Of a stretch of 64,000 nt of DNA, positions 32,590 through 52,376 are shown piece after piece. The stretch's first letter is position 1. Every line of letters begins with the position of its first letter. A program made the translations under genes and the position numbers. The notes below the pieces were generated by a model. That model saw only the letters and a program-made list of their open reading frames with translations, was not told the origin of the DNA and did not search any database. Origin of the DNA: the human T2T-CHM13v2.0 reference genome, Homo sapiens; assembly GCF_009914755.1 (NCBI RefSeq), contig NC_060927.1; one strand, 5' to 3'.

Positions 32590-33823
32590 TGACTTTTTAC
32601 GTATGCAGTTACCATGCAGGTCAAGATATTATGCCCATTTTATAAATGGGAACGTTGAGGCACAGAGAAATTACATTAGTGCCAAAACCACAGTAGGAAC
32701 AGAGCCCAGGCTGCCTGACTCCAGAACCCAAGCTGTGATGTTTGGAAGTCCTTGCATATTTACTGCCTCCTTTTTATGACTCATATCTTCTACTTCCTCT
32801 GTATGATTCAACTAGAATCCAGCCATGAATTGAACATTTAATGACTTTTACTGAAACTTAACTAAATTGACCTTTAAAATCCTTCTGCCACTCTGAAAGC
32901 TAATCATTTTCGATATGTTGAGGACATTGAAATCGAAGAGAAGACACCAAAGGGTCTTCTCCTCTCTTTTTTCAAGTAGCATATCTGAAATAATTTGATC
33001 TTATAATAATAAGTTTGAGAATTGAAGGAACAGCATCTATGGAAGGTTTTTAGATTTTAAATCACTTACAGGAAGTAAAATCTAACTGGCTTTTTCAAGT
33101 ATAGGTTCATTTGCTCAGAGAAAAAATTGACATCCGAATTTCAACTGGAAATTTAAAATTAAGTTTGTATGTGAAAACTAAAAAGTAGAAATAAATTCAG
33201 GATTATATCCTACCAAGAGTTTTAAAATAAACTTTCTAAAAATTTTGAAATAATTTTTAATTTACAGAAAAATTGCAGAGATATTATAGAGCGCCCCATA
33301 TAACCTATACTCAGTTTCCCCATTAATAGCTCACATTACCACAGTAAATTTTTTCACAACTAAGAAACCAACATTAGTATATTACTGTTAACTAAATTCC
33401 AGGCTTTATTTGGATTTCATTTAGTTTTTCAACTCATGTCCTTTTTCTGTTCTGGGATCCAGTCCAGGATGTACCACATGACATCTAACCTAGGTTTAGT
33501 TTTAAAGAGAGGGGAAATAGATAATGTCATCTGCTTCATGGCATCGTGAAAGCCATACATCATACCCATGTTAGATTTAAAGGGTTTGCTGGACATAGAT
33601 TTGCAAAGCGTGGGTTTCTGCATCACGACCAATATTATTGATGCTACTGCCTTTCATTATAAAATCTAGCTCTTTTCTAGATTTTGCTGGGTGAGGTAGC
33701 TCACACCTGTAATCCCAACACTTTGGGAGGCTAAGAGAGGAGGATTGCTTGAGGCCAGGAGTTCAAGACCAGCCTAAGGGAGACCCCATCTCTGCAAAAA
33801 TATAAAATTAAAAAAAAATCTAA

Positions 33824-34301
33824 CATTCACACATATGTTTATTGCAGCACTATTTACGATAGCAAAGACTTGGAACTAACCCAAATGCCCACCAATGATA
33901 AACTGGATAAAGAAAATGTGGCACATATACACCATGGAATACTATGCAGCCATAAAAAAGAATGATTTCATGTCCTTTGCAAGGACATGGATGAAGCTGG
34001 AAGCATCATTCTCAGCAAACTAACACAGGAACAGAAAACCAAACACCGCATGTTCTCACTCATAAGTGCGAGTTGAACAGTGAGAAGACATGGACACAGA
34101 AAGGGGAACATCACACACTGGGGCCTGTCAGAGGGTGGAGGTCACAGGGAGGGAGAGCATTAGGACAAATGCCGAATGCATGAGGGACTTAAAACCTAGA
34201 TGACGGGTTGATAGGTGCAGCAAACCACCGTGGCACATGTATACCTATGTAACAAACCTGCACGTTCTGCCCATGTATCCCAGAACTTAAAGTAAAAAAA
34301 G
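33824..34301 (+). mobile_element. 5'-truncated L1PA 3' end inserted at the tail of an Alu monomer (33686-33820)
   Basis: L1 3'UTR ending ccagaacttaaagtaaaaaaa; aaaaaaaaatctaa present on both sides as a TSD. Confidence 0.9.
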
Positions 34302-34704
34302 AAAAAAAAATCTAATTATTTGGCTAAGCTAAATGCCTAGAAATTTGCTCCATGCTGGAAGTGAAAATTAGTTTTGCCCTCTTGCATACATAGCATCAGC
34401 TTCTGTGGACTCTCGTGTCGTGCCCTGAGGTGATGGGAGATAATGAGCAATCTCAATTTTGCTCTCCTAGAGGAAGAGCAACTGTGGAGAAGGCAGCAGG
34501 GTTGCTGCCCTAAAGCAAGGGACAGCTGGGAAGACTCCCAGTCCCCCTGTGTTTTATCATTGACCCCAAATAAGAGAGTACCACGTGGGTCCAGGCCAAG
34601 GGAAGGAGTGTCATTCATGCCAGCCCTATGTTTTCTTCCGGTCATGTATTTCCTCACATTTCCTGTCAACACTCAGATATGCTTAGGCAAGTTGTCTTCT
34701 AGGC

Positions 34705-34850
34705 TAACCCTCCTTAAATTCTATCATACATATGAATCCCCTGGCAACTTGTAAGAAGGCAAATTCTGGTTCAAGAGGCTCAGGGAGGAGCAGCGTCTGC
34801 ATTTCTTGTGGGCTTTTGATGCTCCTGGTCCATGGACTACAGTGTGAGTG
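34705..34850. mobile_element. MER5-type MITE
   Basis: gaatcccctgg...aaattctggttc...tctgcatttc...gatgctcctggtccatggactac. Confidence 0.6.
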
Positions 34851-35064
34851 ACCAGTCCCTGAAATATGTGGAAGGATTTTTTTGTGTGTTTCTCAGTGTG
34901 GTTTTGATTTGAGCAAGGATGGCAGTACCAACAAAAAAGAAATCTACTCATGAAATAAACCTGAAATATATTAACTCTGGGCTGCTGTCAGAAGTTCCCT
35001 ATATAAAATGGGATTGGTAAGAAGGTGGATGTATCATCAAGCCATTTGGGTTTGAATCCCACAG

Positions 35065-35222
35065 GCCTGCAGTACTCAACTGACAATCAATTTGTACAAC
35101 GGCTCAAAGAACTGCAGGGCTCTGCCGCCGTGGAGAAGATTCCCTTGATCCCGTCTACCCCAGAAGAGATGAGTGAAATGCTTCAGCTCTGCTCCTATGT
35201 CCGCTTCAAGGTGCCCCAGCAG
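35065..35222 (+). CDS. ABHD6: ABHD6 coding exon 5: LQYSTDNQFV...FKVPQQ
   Basis: cccacag acceptor, CAG|gtaacg donor, 158 nt (cumulative 227 codons, phase 0). Confidence 0.97.
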
Positions 35223-35668
35223 GTAACGTGGTTGCAGCAGCGACACAACTACCCTCCCCAGAGGCCCGGGGGCGAGTACCAGCTTCCTGCACGTATTCCC
35301 TCCTTCACCTACTCATTGACTACTTCTTGTCCTCTTCTGCATATATTCAGCAAGTGTCTCTGCAGTGCCTGCAACACGCTGGGCACTGTGCTGGTACAGT
35401 GATCAATAAAGACAAGAAGGTCCCTGGGCAGACACAGTCCAGTGGGGGAGGCAGACAATAACAAGTAAACAATGAACTACCAGTGGTCATGAGTTTTATA
35501 GCAGAAATGAAGATGGTGTAGTGATTGAATACGGGGAGGCAGGGGTGGCTTTGATAAGCCTCTTCTAGGGACAGCATATGCAGAGGTGGAAAAACATACA
35601 TATTCAAGACAAAGGAAGCCAGGGTAGCTGGAGCCCCAAGAATAAGAGAATGGTGAAGATGGAGTTAG

Positions 35669-36033
<365 letters not shown>

Positions 36034-36395
36034 AGGACCCCTTATCCTCTTTTTTATTTTTTAAATATACTTTAAGTTCTAGGGTGCATGTGCACAGATT
36101 GCAGGTTTCATACATAAGTATGCATGTGCCATGTTGGTTTGCTGCACCCATCAACTCACCATTCACGTTAGGTATTTCTCCTAATGCTATCCTTCCCCCA
36201 GCCCCCTACCCCCTGCCTGGTGTCCAAGTGTTCTAATTGTTCAGTTCCCACCTATGAGTGAGAACATGTGGTGTTTGGTTTTCTTTCCTTGTGATAGTTT
36301 GCTGAGAATGATGGTTTCCAGCTTCATCCATGTCCCTGTAAAGGACATGAACTCATCCTTTTTATGGCTGCGTAGTATTCCATGGTCTGTATGTG

Positions 36396-39854
<3,459 letters not shown>

Positions 39855-41705
39855 TTAGTAGATCTTCCCCCATCCCTTTATTTTGAGCCTATGTGTGTCT
39901 CTGCATGTGAGATGGGTCTCCTGAATATAGCACACTGATGGGTCTTGTCCAATTTGCCAGTCTGTGTCTTTTAATTGGGGCATTTAGCCCATTTACATTT
40001 AAGGTTAATATTGTTATGTGTGAATTTGATCCTGTCATTATGATGTTAGCTGGTTATTTTGCCCATTATTGATGCAGTTTCTTCATAGTGTCAATGATCT
40101 TTACAATTTGGCATGTTTTTGCAGTGGCTCATACCGGTTGTTCCTTTCCATGTTTAGTGCTTCCTTCAGGAGCTCTTGTAAGACAGGCCTGGTGGTGACA
40201 GAATCTCTCAGCGTTTGCTTGTCTGTAAAGGATTTTATTTCTCCCTCACTTATGAAGCTTAGTTTGGCTGGATATGAAATTCTGGGTTGAAAATTCTTTT
40301 CTTTAAGAATGTTGAATATTAGCCCGCAGTCTCTTCTGGCTTGTAGGGTTTCTGCCAAGAGATCCGCTGTTAGTCTGATGGGCTTCCCTTTGTGGGTACC
40401 TGACCTTTCTCTCTGGCTGCCCTTAACACTTTTTCCTTCATTTCAACCTTGCTGAATCTGACAATTATGTGTCTTGGGGTTGCTATTCTCGAGTAGTATC
40501 TTTATGGTGTTCTGTGTATTTCCTGAATTTGAATGTTGGCCTGCCTTGCTAGGTTGGGGAAGTTCTCCTGGATAATATCCTGAAGAGTGTTTTCCAACTT
40601 GGTTCCATTCTTCCCATCATTTCCAGGTACATCAGTCAAACATAGATTTGGTATTTTCACATAGTCCCGTATTTCTTGGAAGCTTTTTTTGTTTCTTTTT
40701 ACTTTTTTTTCTCTAACCTTGTCTTCTCACTTTATTTTATTAATTTTATCTTCAATCACGGATACCCTTTCTTTCACTTCATCAAATTGGCTATTGAAGC
40801 TTGTGCATGCATCATGAAGTTCTCGTGCCATGGTTTTCAGCTCCATCGGGTCATTTAAGGTCTTCTCTACACTGTTTATTCTAGTTAGCCATTTGTCTAA
40901 CCTTTTTTCAAGGTTTTTAGCTTCCTTATAATGGGTTCAAACATGCTCCTTTAGCACGGAGAAGTTTGTTATTACTGACCTTCTGAAGCCTACTTCTGTC
41001 AGCTCAGCAAAGTCATTTTCCATCCAGCTTTGTTCCGTTGCTGGCGAGGAGCTGCAATCATTTGGAGGAGAAGAGGCGCTCTGGTTTTTAGAATTTTCAG
41101 CTTTTCTGCTCTGGTTTCTCCCCATCTTTGTGGTTGTATCTACCTTTGGTCTTTTATGTTGGTGACCTACAGATGGGATTTTGGTGTAGATGTCCTTTTT
41201 GTTAATGTTGATGCTATTCCTTTCTGTTTGTTAGTTTTCCTTATAACAATCAGGTCCCTCAGCTGCAGGTCTGTTGGAGTTTGCTGGAGGTCCGCTCCAG
41301 ACCCTGTTTGCCTGGGTATCACCAGCGGAGTCTGCAGAACAGCAAATATTGCTGCCTGATCCTTCCTCTGGAAGCTTTGTCTCAGAGGGGCACCCGGCCG
41401 TATGAGGTGTCAATCAGCCCCTACTGGGAGGTGTCTCCCAGTTAGGCTACACGAGGGTCAGGGACCCACTTGAGGAGGCAGTCTGTCTGTCTCAGAGCTC
41501 AAATGCTGTGCTGGGAGAACAACTGCTCTCTTCAGCGCTGTCAGACAGGGACATTTAAGTCTGCAGAAATTGCCTGCTGCCTTTTGTTCAGCTAAGCCCT
41601 GCCCACACAGGTGGAGTCTAGAGGCTGCTGGCCTTGCTGAGCTGTGGTGGGCTTTGCCGAGTTCGAGCTTCCAGGCCACTTTGTTTACCTACTTAAGCCT
41701 CAGCA

Positions 41706-42050
41706 ATGGCAGACGCCCCTCCCCCAGCCAGGCTGCCGCCTTGCAGTTCAATCTCAGACTGCTGTGCTAGCAGGGAGCAAGGCTCTGTGGGCCTGGGACC
41801 CACCGAGCCAGGCACGGGAGAGAATCTTCTTGTCTGCCAGTTGCTAAGACCTTGGGAAAAGTGCAGTATTTGGGCAGGAGTGTCCCAGTTTTCCAGGTAC
41901 AGTCTGTCATGGCTTCCCTGGCTAGGAAAGGGAAATCCCCCGACCCCTTGCACTTCCCAGGTGAGGCGATGCCTGCCCTGCTTCAGCTCGCCCTCTGTGG
42001 GCTGCACCCACTGTCCAACCAGTCCCAGTGAGATGAACCAGGTACGTTAA
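41706..42050 (+). CDS. Intact L1 ORF0 homologue (114 aa) in the antisense L1 5'UTR; expression unproven
   Basis: MADAPPPARLPPCSSISDCCAS... matches the L1 ORF0 N-terminus (MAGAPPPASLPPCSLISDCCAS); gcaATGG Kozak context; open to TAA at 42048-42050. Confidence 0.75.
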   Translation: MADAPPPARLPPCSSISDCCASREQGSVGLGPTEPGTGENLLVCQLLRPWEKCSIWAGVSQFSRYSLSWLPWLGKGNPPTPCTSQVRRCLPCFSSPSVGCTHCPTSPSEMNQVR

Positions 42051-42639
42051 TTGGAAATGCAGAAATCACCCGCCTTCTGCGTTGATCACGCTGGATGCCG
42101 CAGACCGGAGCTGTTCCTATTCGGCCATCTTGGAACCTATCCTCGTTATACTCTTAAAAATTGTTGAGGAACCCAAAGGGTTTTTATTTATAGGGGTTAT
42201 ATTTATTATTAATGTTTACCATATTAGAAATTAAAACTCAGGCCGGGTGCGGTGGTTCATGCCTGTAATCCTAGCACTTTGGGAGGCCAAGATGGGAGGA
42301 TTGCTTGAGACTAGGAGTTCAAGACCAGCCTGGTCAACGTAGCGAGACCCCATCTCTATTTAAATACAAATAAAAGAAAATAAATGAAAACTCAGAAGAT
42401 TCCAAAATGCAATGAATGTACAAGCACTTATTCCAGTAGCCAAGAGCAAGGACATCATCCCACATTTTATAGGCTCTGAAAAACAGTGTACTTTTGAGAG
42501 AATGTAAGTGAAGAGGCAAGTAACATTGAGTATTAGGAAAGTAGTTTGACCTCCTAGACTCCCAAGAACCACTTTGAAAAATGCTGGACTAGATCCTGTA
42601 GGACCTTATAGGTACGGAAAGGAGCCAGGAGTTTTTCTA

Positions 42640-42993
<354 letters not shown>

Positions 42994-43919
42994 TTAGCCA
43001 AGTGTGGTGGTGCGTGCCTGTAGATCCAGCTACTCGGGAGGCTGAGGTGAGAGGATCACCTGAGCCCAGGAGGCAGAGGCTGCAGTGAGCCAAGATCATG
43101 CCACTGCACTCCATCCTGGGCAACAGAGTGAGACCCTGTCTCAAAAAAACAACAACAAAAACAAAAACAGAGGTAGTATATTCTGAAGAGTAGAAGGGCA
43201 GGCTTGGGGAATATGCCAAGGACTCCATTTTTCATGTGTTAAGTTCAGGTTGCCTGTGAGGCCTCCAAGTGCAGAGGTCAAGGTGTAGCTGAGGGAAGTC
43301 TGGCCTGAAGCTGTACCACTGGAGCCATCAGCAGACGCTAATATTGAAGGTTATGGGACTGAATGAAGTCATCTAGGGAAATGGTGTGAAGAACCAAGAG
43401 AGGAGAGTCCATGGCTGAGGCTTCATAACCCCAAATTATCTCCCTCTGTTGTAGGAGCTGGACCCTGCCTGGAGGTGGGCAGGTCCTCCTAAGACTTGAG
43501 GGAATAGATCCCATTCAGAAGTTGTGAACATGGCTCAGTTAATAGATACGGCCTGTCCCTCAGGAAACACCCAGAATCTGATGCTGTGGCATGTTCCACC
43601 CCTGAAATCCCTTTTTAGCCATGAAGTAGCATTCCTTTCTCCCAGCACTGATCTCTTCCCAGAATAGAGTGGCCAAATGATGTTTTAGAAAACTCCATGT
43701 TTTGGGTTGTCAGGGATATGAAAACACCAAGAGAAAAATAAATGGCAGCTCCAAAAGTCTTTCCTTCCTAGGAGAGAAGGAGCACCTGCACACTCAGCCC
43801 ACCATGTCATATTGTGTTGTGATTGCACGTCTGTGTCTTCCACTAGGGACTTTGTCTTAATTGGCTGTTCTATCCCCAGACTTTAGCACAGTGCTTGCAT
43901 GAAGTAGGTCCTAGGTATA

Positions 43920-44255
43920 GATTGGATGGATTGATGGATGAGAGGATGCCTGGATAATGCAGGGATGGACAATGGATGGGTGGGTAGATGCAGGATAGAT
44001 TTTTGCATGAATTGATTGATGTGCCAGTGCACAGATGATTTAGGTCTGCAGGATGGATAGATGGCTGAATGGTTGGATGGATGGATGGATGGGAGGATAT
44101 CTGGTTAATGCAGAGATGGAGGTTGGATGGATTGATGAATACAGGATAGATAGGTAGACAAATGCATATGTGGTTCAGGATGGATGGCTGCATTGAGCAG
44201 AGGTGGAGGATGGATGGACACAAGATGAATAGATATGTGGGTACAGGTGGATAGC
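43920..44255. repeat. Degenerate (GGAT)n
   Basis: Read directly from sequence. Confidence 0.85.
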
Positions 44256-44796
44256 TGAACAAAGAAAATCTCTGATGCTGAGCACAATGTTGTTATTCAA
44301 CAAATTGTCATTGTCCTCATGTCCAGGCTGAATGAGTTAGAGTCTAGTGATGCTCCAGAGGGTTGGTTTAGTCCATAGCAGCCATGGCTGGTTCTTCCCC
44401 ACTTTCAGTCAGTGCACAGGACTCCTGAGAGAGTGTAATTAAAGGGTTCAGACCTGTTTGCAGGTAGAGGAGAGGAGTAGAGGAGTACAGCCACTAATGT
44501 GAACCCTGTACTCTACCTCAGGAGTCCTGAGGCAGGAGGAAGAGAAGAACTGTGTTCCTTCCAGCCACCACTACCTCTTTGGGTCAGTAGCCCAGGTCCA
44601 GAAGATGTGGCCTGTCCACATTGGCTGCAGCCCTCACCAGCCCTCAGCAGGGAAGGCAAAGACAGTGTCAAATGATAAACAAAGGGCTGTTGAACCCTCC
44701 CAGTGGGACTGTGGAACCCTCCCCAGAATCTTTTCAATAGTTTATTTCTTTGTTGTTTAATAGACCTATCATCCCCCAGTGGCTTAATTTTTTTAA

Positions 44797-45116
<320 letters not shown>

Positions 45117-45491
45117 TGAAGTGCTGGGATTACAGGCATGAGCCACCATGCCCGGCCCATCCTGATTATGTCTTAAGTGAAGCAGAGAATCTCTCAAGCT
45201 AAAGTTGCTGTCAGGCCATCTCAGGTGTATTTAACATGCTGTAGGGCACCTCCAGTTTCACGATATTACCCAAGTTCCTTTATAATAATAATAATAATAA
45301 AAAGCTTCTTAGAAGCCTAACTCCCCATTAGACTGTGTGCTGCATCATGGGAATTCAGAGGACCAGGCTCTAAAGACCTTGACAGTGCAATAAATTGCTG
45401 GACCTCATTCCCATTCATTGTCCCAGAGCTGTGAGAGGCCTGAGGAAATGAATCTTCTCTTGCTCTCTAACTTTGGGTTATTTATCCTTAG

Positions 45492-45546
45492 ATCCTGCAA
45501 GGCCTTGTCGATGTCCGCATCCCTCATAACAACTTCTACCGAAAGT
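45492..45546 (+). CDS. ABHD6: ABHD6 coding exon 6: ILQGLVDVRIPHNNFYRK
   Basis: ccttag acceptor, T|gtaagt donor, 55 nt. Confidence 0.96.
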
Positions 45547-45759
45547 GTAAGTAGCCCTACTTTCAGCTTGGAGCTTGTTACAAGTGAAGCTCTGTGGATG
45601 GATGGCTTTTATTTCTTAAATCTCTGACACTTTGAATGTCTCTTTGGGCCCCTGAAGAGAGGAAGTGGTGGCCTGGATCTGGTGACTATCCCTTGATTCT
45701 GCGGTGGTGCCACAGGCACAGTCCAGCACATACTCACTTTGTTTTCCTTTTCTGACAAG

Positions 45760-45860
45760 TGTTTTTGGAAATCGTCAGTGAGAAGTCCAGATACTCTCTC
45801 CATCAGAACATGGACAAGATCAAGGTTCCGACGCAGATCATCTGGGGGAAACAAGACCAG
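45760..45860 (+). CDS. ABHD6: ABHD6 coding exon 7: LFLEIVSEK...IIWGKQDQ (catalytic Asp278 codon 45855-45857)
   Basis: aag acceptor after U-rich tract, CAG|gtatgt donor, 101 nt, WGxxD motif. Confidence 0.96.
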
Positions 45861-46211
45861 GTATGTAACACATCCCCGCGGCAGTCTGTGCTGGTCACCA
45901 GGGCCTCTGAGGAAAAACGTCCTTGAGGAAGAACAAGTGGTTATTTATGGAGTGAGCTGATCGCTGCTGTCAGGAAGAGGGGGAAGGCACCTGTGTTGGG
46001 TGCCAGTGTTGACAGTGGGCAGAGTTCTGGGAGTGGAGAGAAACAACATTTGGTCTGGTAAAAGGAAAGACAATTTTAAATCATTTTCAAAAATTGTTTT
46101 TATCAAAGCCATGTAGTCACATGGTATAAAAAGATCTTCAAAGAACACCAAAAGGTTTATAATGAAAACTTTTCTTTTTCGCATCCCAAATTCCATTCTC
46201 CATTACCATGA

Positions 46212-46631
<420 letters not shown>

Positions 46632-46665
46632 TAGCCAGGATGGTCTCGATCTCCTGACGTCATGA

Positions 46666-46899
<234 letters not shown>

Positions 46900-47224
46900 T
46901 AAAGGGCCAGATGGTAAACATTTTCAGCCTTGTGGTCCAGTCTCTGTCACACCTGGACACAGTTGAGTAACTGTGACCTTATAGTATAAAAGCAGCCATA
47001 GGCAATATGTAAACAAATGGCATGGCTTTTTCCAGTGAACCTTTATTTATAAAAACGGGCAGTGAGCCATTGTTTGCCTACTCCTATTCTAAGCACACGT
47101 ATAGTGTATATATATGCATACCTATACATATCTGAGCTTTCAAACATGCTAGATACACTGGCATCTAAGATGCATGTTTGAAAGCTTAGATATATATAGG
47201 TGTGCATATAAGATATATAAGATC

Positions 47225-47229
<5 letters not shown>

Positions 47230-47276
<47 letters not shown>

Positions 47277-47290
47277 GTATATGTATATAT
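47230..47290. repeat. (TG)n(TA)n compound microsatellite
   Basis: Read directly from sequence. Confidence 0.93.
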
Positions 47291-47316
47291 AAGTAGGTAT
47301 CTTGGAAATCATTTTA

Positions 47317-47683
<367 letters not shown>

Positions 47684-49179
47684 CTATCTCAAAAAAATAA
47701 AAATAAAAAAGAATACAGAGTATACCTGCATACCCTTTACCTAAATGCATCAATTTTTAACTGGCAGGAGGTCACACTGTGGCCACAAAGACCCACAAGT
47801 GCATGAATGACCCAGGCAGGAGAGAGTGGGGAGGAGCAGCCAGGCTGTGCCCATGGCGTGTACGCAGAATAAGAGGCAATGGTGTCTTAGATGAGCCAGG
47901 CATGGTGAGGATTCACAGCATGGTTTTGTGGACGTGGAGAGAAGGGGATCTCATGTGCTCTCTTCTGCAGCGCCAAGGGACTGAAAGAAGCTTTGTTTGT
48001 GCCCTGGGCTATGCCAGCAGAGAGTCATTTGATCAGGAATCAGAGCCTGAGCAGCGAAGGCCTTCTGTTGTTCTAAAAACCCCAAAGGTGATTTGGGGCT
48101 CTCAGGAGCCAACAGGGAGAGGCTGTAACCCATCTTCCTGTGGAGACAGCGCAGAAGCAAGGGCACTGGCCTTGGATTCTGAAAGTCTATGTTCCAGCCC
48201 TACTTTTGTCCTTGGTCAGCCCATGCATGACCTTGAGCAAGTAACTCAGCCCCTCTAAATTAAGGGTTTCTGAAACTTCTAGTACCAGGGTTATTTTGAG
48301 GCTCAAATGAAATAATATGTATGAAAATGATCTTCCAGTTGCAAAAAAGTTAGGTTAGCTGGTATTAGATTAGACTGCTCATGTCCTTTGCCTCTGTTGG
48401 TGGCTTCAATGCATGGTCCAAATTTTTTTCCCAGACTCAGAAGTCCGTTTCATTCCAGAAAAAGAGCCTAACATTCTATGGGCTTGCTATAAATGTGATC
48501 AGATCCTTCATGTGTTTTGTGGACTGTCCCTGGGACAGAGGCCAAATAGCAGAGGCTTCAGGGAGTCTTTTATTTCACAGCCTTTTGCCTCCCAAGCTCG
48601 CTGGCTCTTTTCCTGCTCTGTCATCAACATTTGGTGTCACAGCACCTGCCCCTACCAGGCCAAATTCAGCTTCCTTCTTCTTTGGACCCCTGTAGGCTGA
48701 CTGCTATACTGCACAGCTGCAGGGGGAGCCATGTGCATTGTCATTTTTGTGAATGATGGATTTGGTCTGTATACAACCTGTACACCCAAACATGGCAGCC
48801 CTTCCTGAGAGGGTTTCTGCATGCTTCATTTCAAGCATCGCTCCTCTATGTTCAGTCCATCAAAATGGGAGGGCCATCTAGAGACAGACAGGCTATTATT
48901 CTTTATGTCCCTTCTCCCTGCCAGCACCGTGCCTGGTATGCAGGAGACCCAGAGTACACAGTGAGTGAGCAAACAAGTGAGAAATTGAGTGAACAAACCA
49001 ACTAGTGAAGGGATAAACCCACTGACTGACTACACATTTAAGCCAGTTAACAGGCATTTATTGAGCACCTAGTATGTGCCTAACACTGTATTAGGCCCTG
49101 AGGATACAGTAGGGACCAAGACAGCCAGGATCCCTGCCCTCCAGCAATTTATCGTCTACCTACCCTTATAGTGCATAAC

Positions 49180-49406
49180 AGGCCCGAGACAAGGGTGAGA
49201 TGAGAGAGATGTGTCATGCAGGTGCAGGGTCAGATCCTGTCTGTATTTATGATTTTGATATTTTGTTCATCATGTGCCTTTTTCCATTAATGTTTTTTTT
49301 AACATACTGCACTAAAATATTTTCTCTTAATTTATGAGTTTTTTGGCACTTAAATTTTGTGCCTTAGGCAAATGCCTCATTTGCCTCACCATAGTTTTAG
49401 CCCTGG
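49180..49406. mobile_element. MER96B-like hAT MITE
   Basis: gcagggtcagatcctgtc...gcctcatttgcctcaccatagttttagccctg. Confidence 0.7.
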
Positions 49407-49411
49407 TGTGA

Positions 49412-51978
<2,567 letters not shown>

Positions 51979-52244
51979 TGACCATTTATATGAATATTCT
52001 ATCTAGGAAATCGCTGAAATGGTTCCCACAGATGTGCATATCTCATCAGGGGGTCGTTCAGTAGTTGCACATACCTCTGGGTGGCCATGGAGAATGATGG
52101 ATTTGTAACGCTAACCAGCAAACAGTGCCAAAGCCAGCAGCTCATATGGGTATTTTTGCCTGTGAGTTGTGGTTTCTGATATCTCTCCAGGATAGACACT
52201 CAGTTTTGCCTGGGCATGATGGTGCGTACCTGTCATCCCAGCTA

Positions 52245-52376
<132 letters not shown>

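Noticed and set aside
43870-44287. His/Pro/Ser/Ile-rich ORFs
   Set aside because: Translation of the (GGAT)n simple repeat
47779-48258. 159-aa intronic ORF; likewise 6734-7153 and 2307-2738
   Set aside because: Non-ATG starts, no recognisable homology, and lengths compatible with chance
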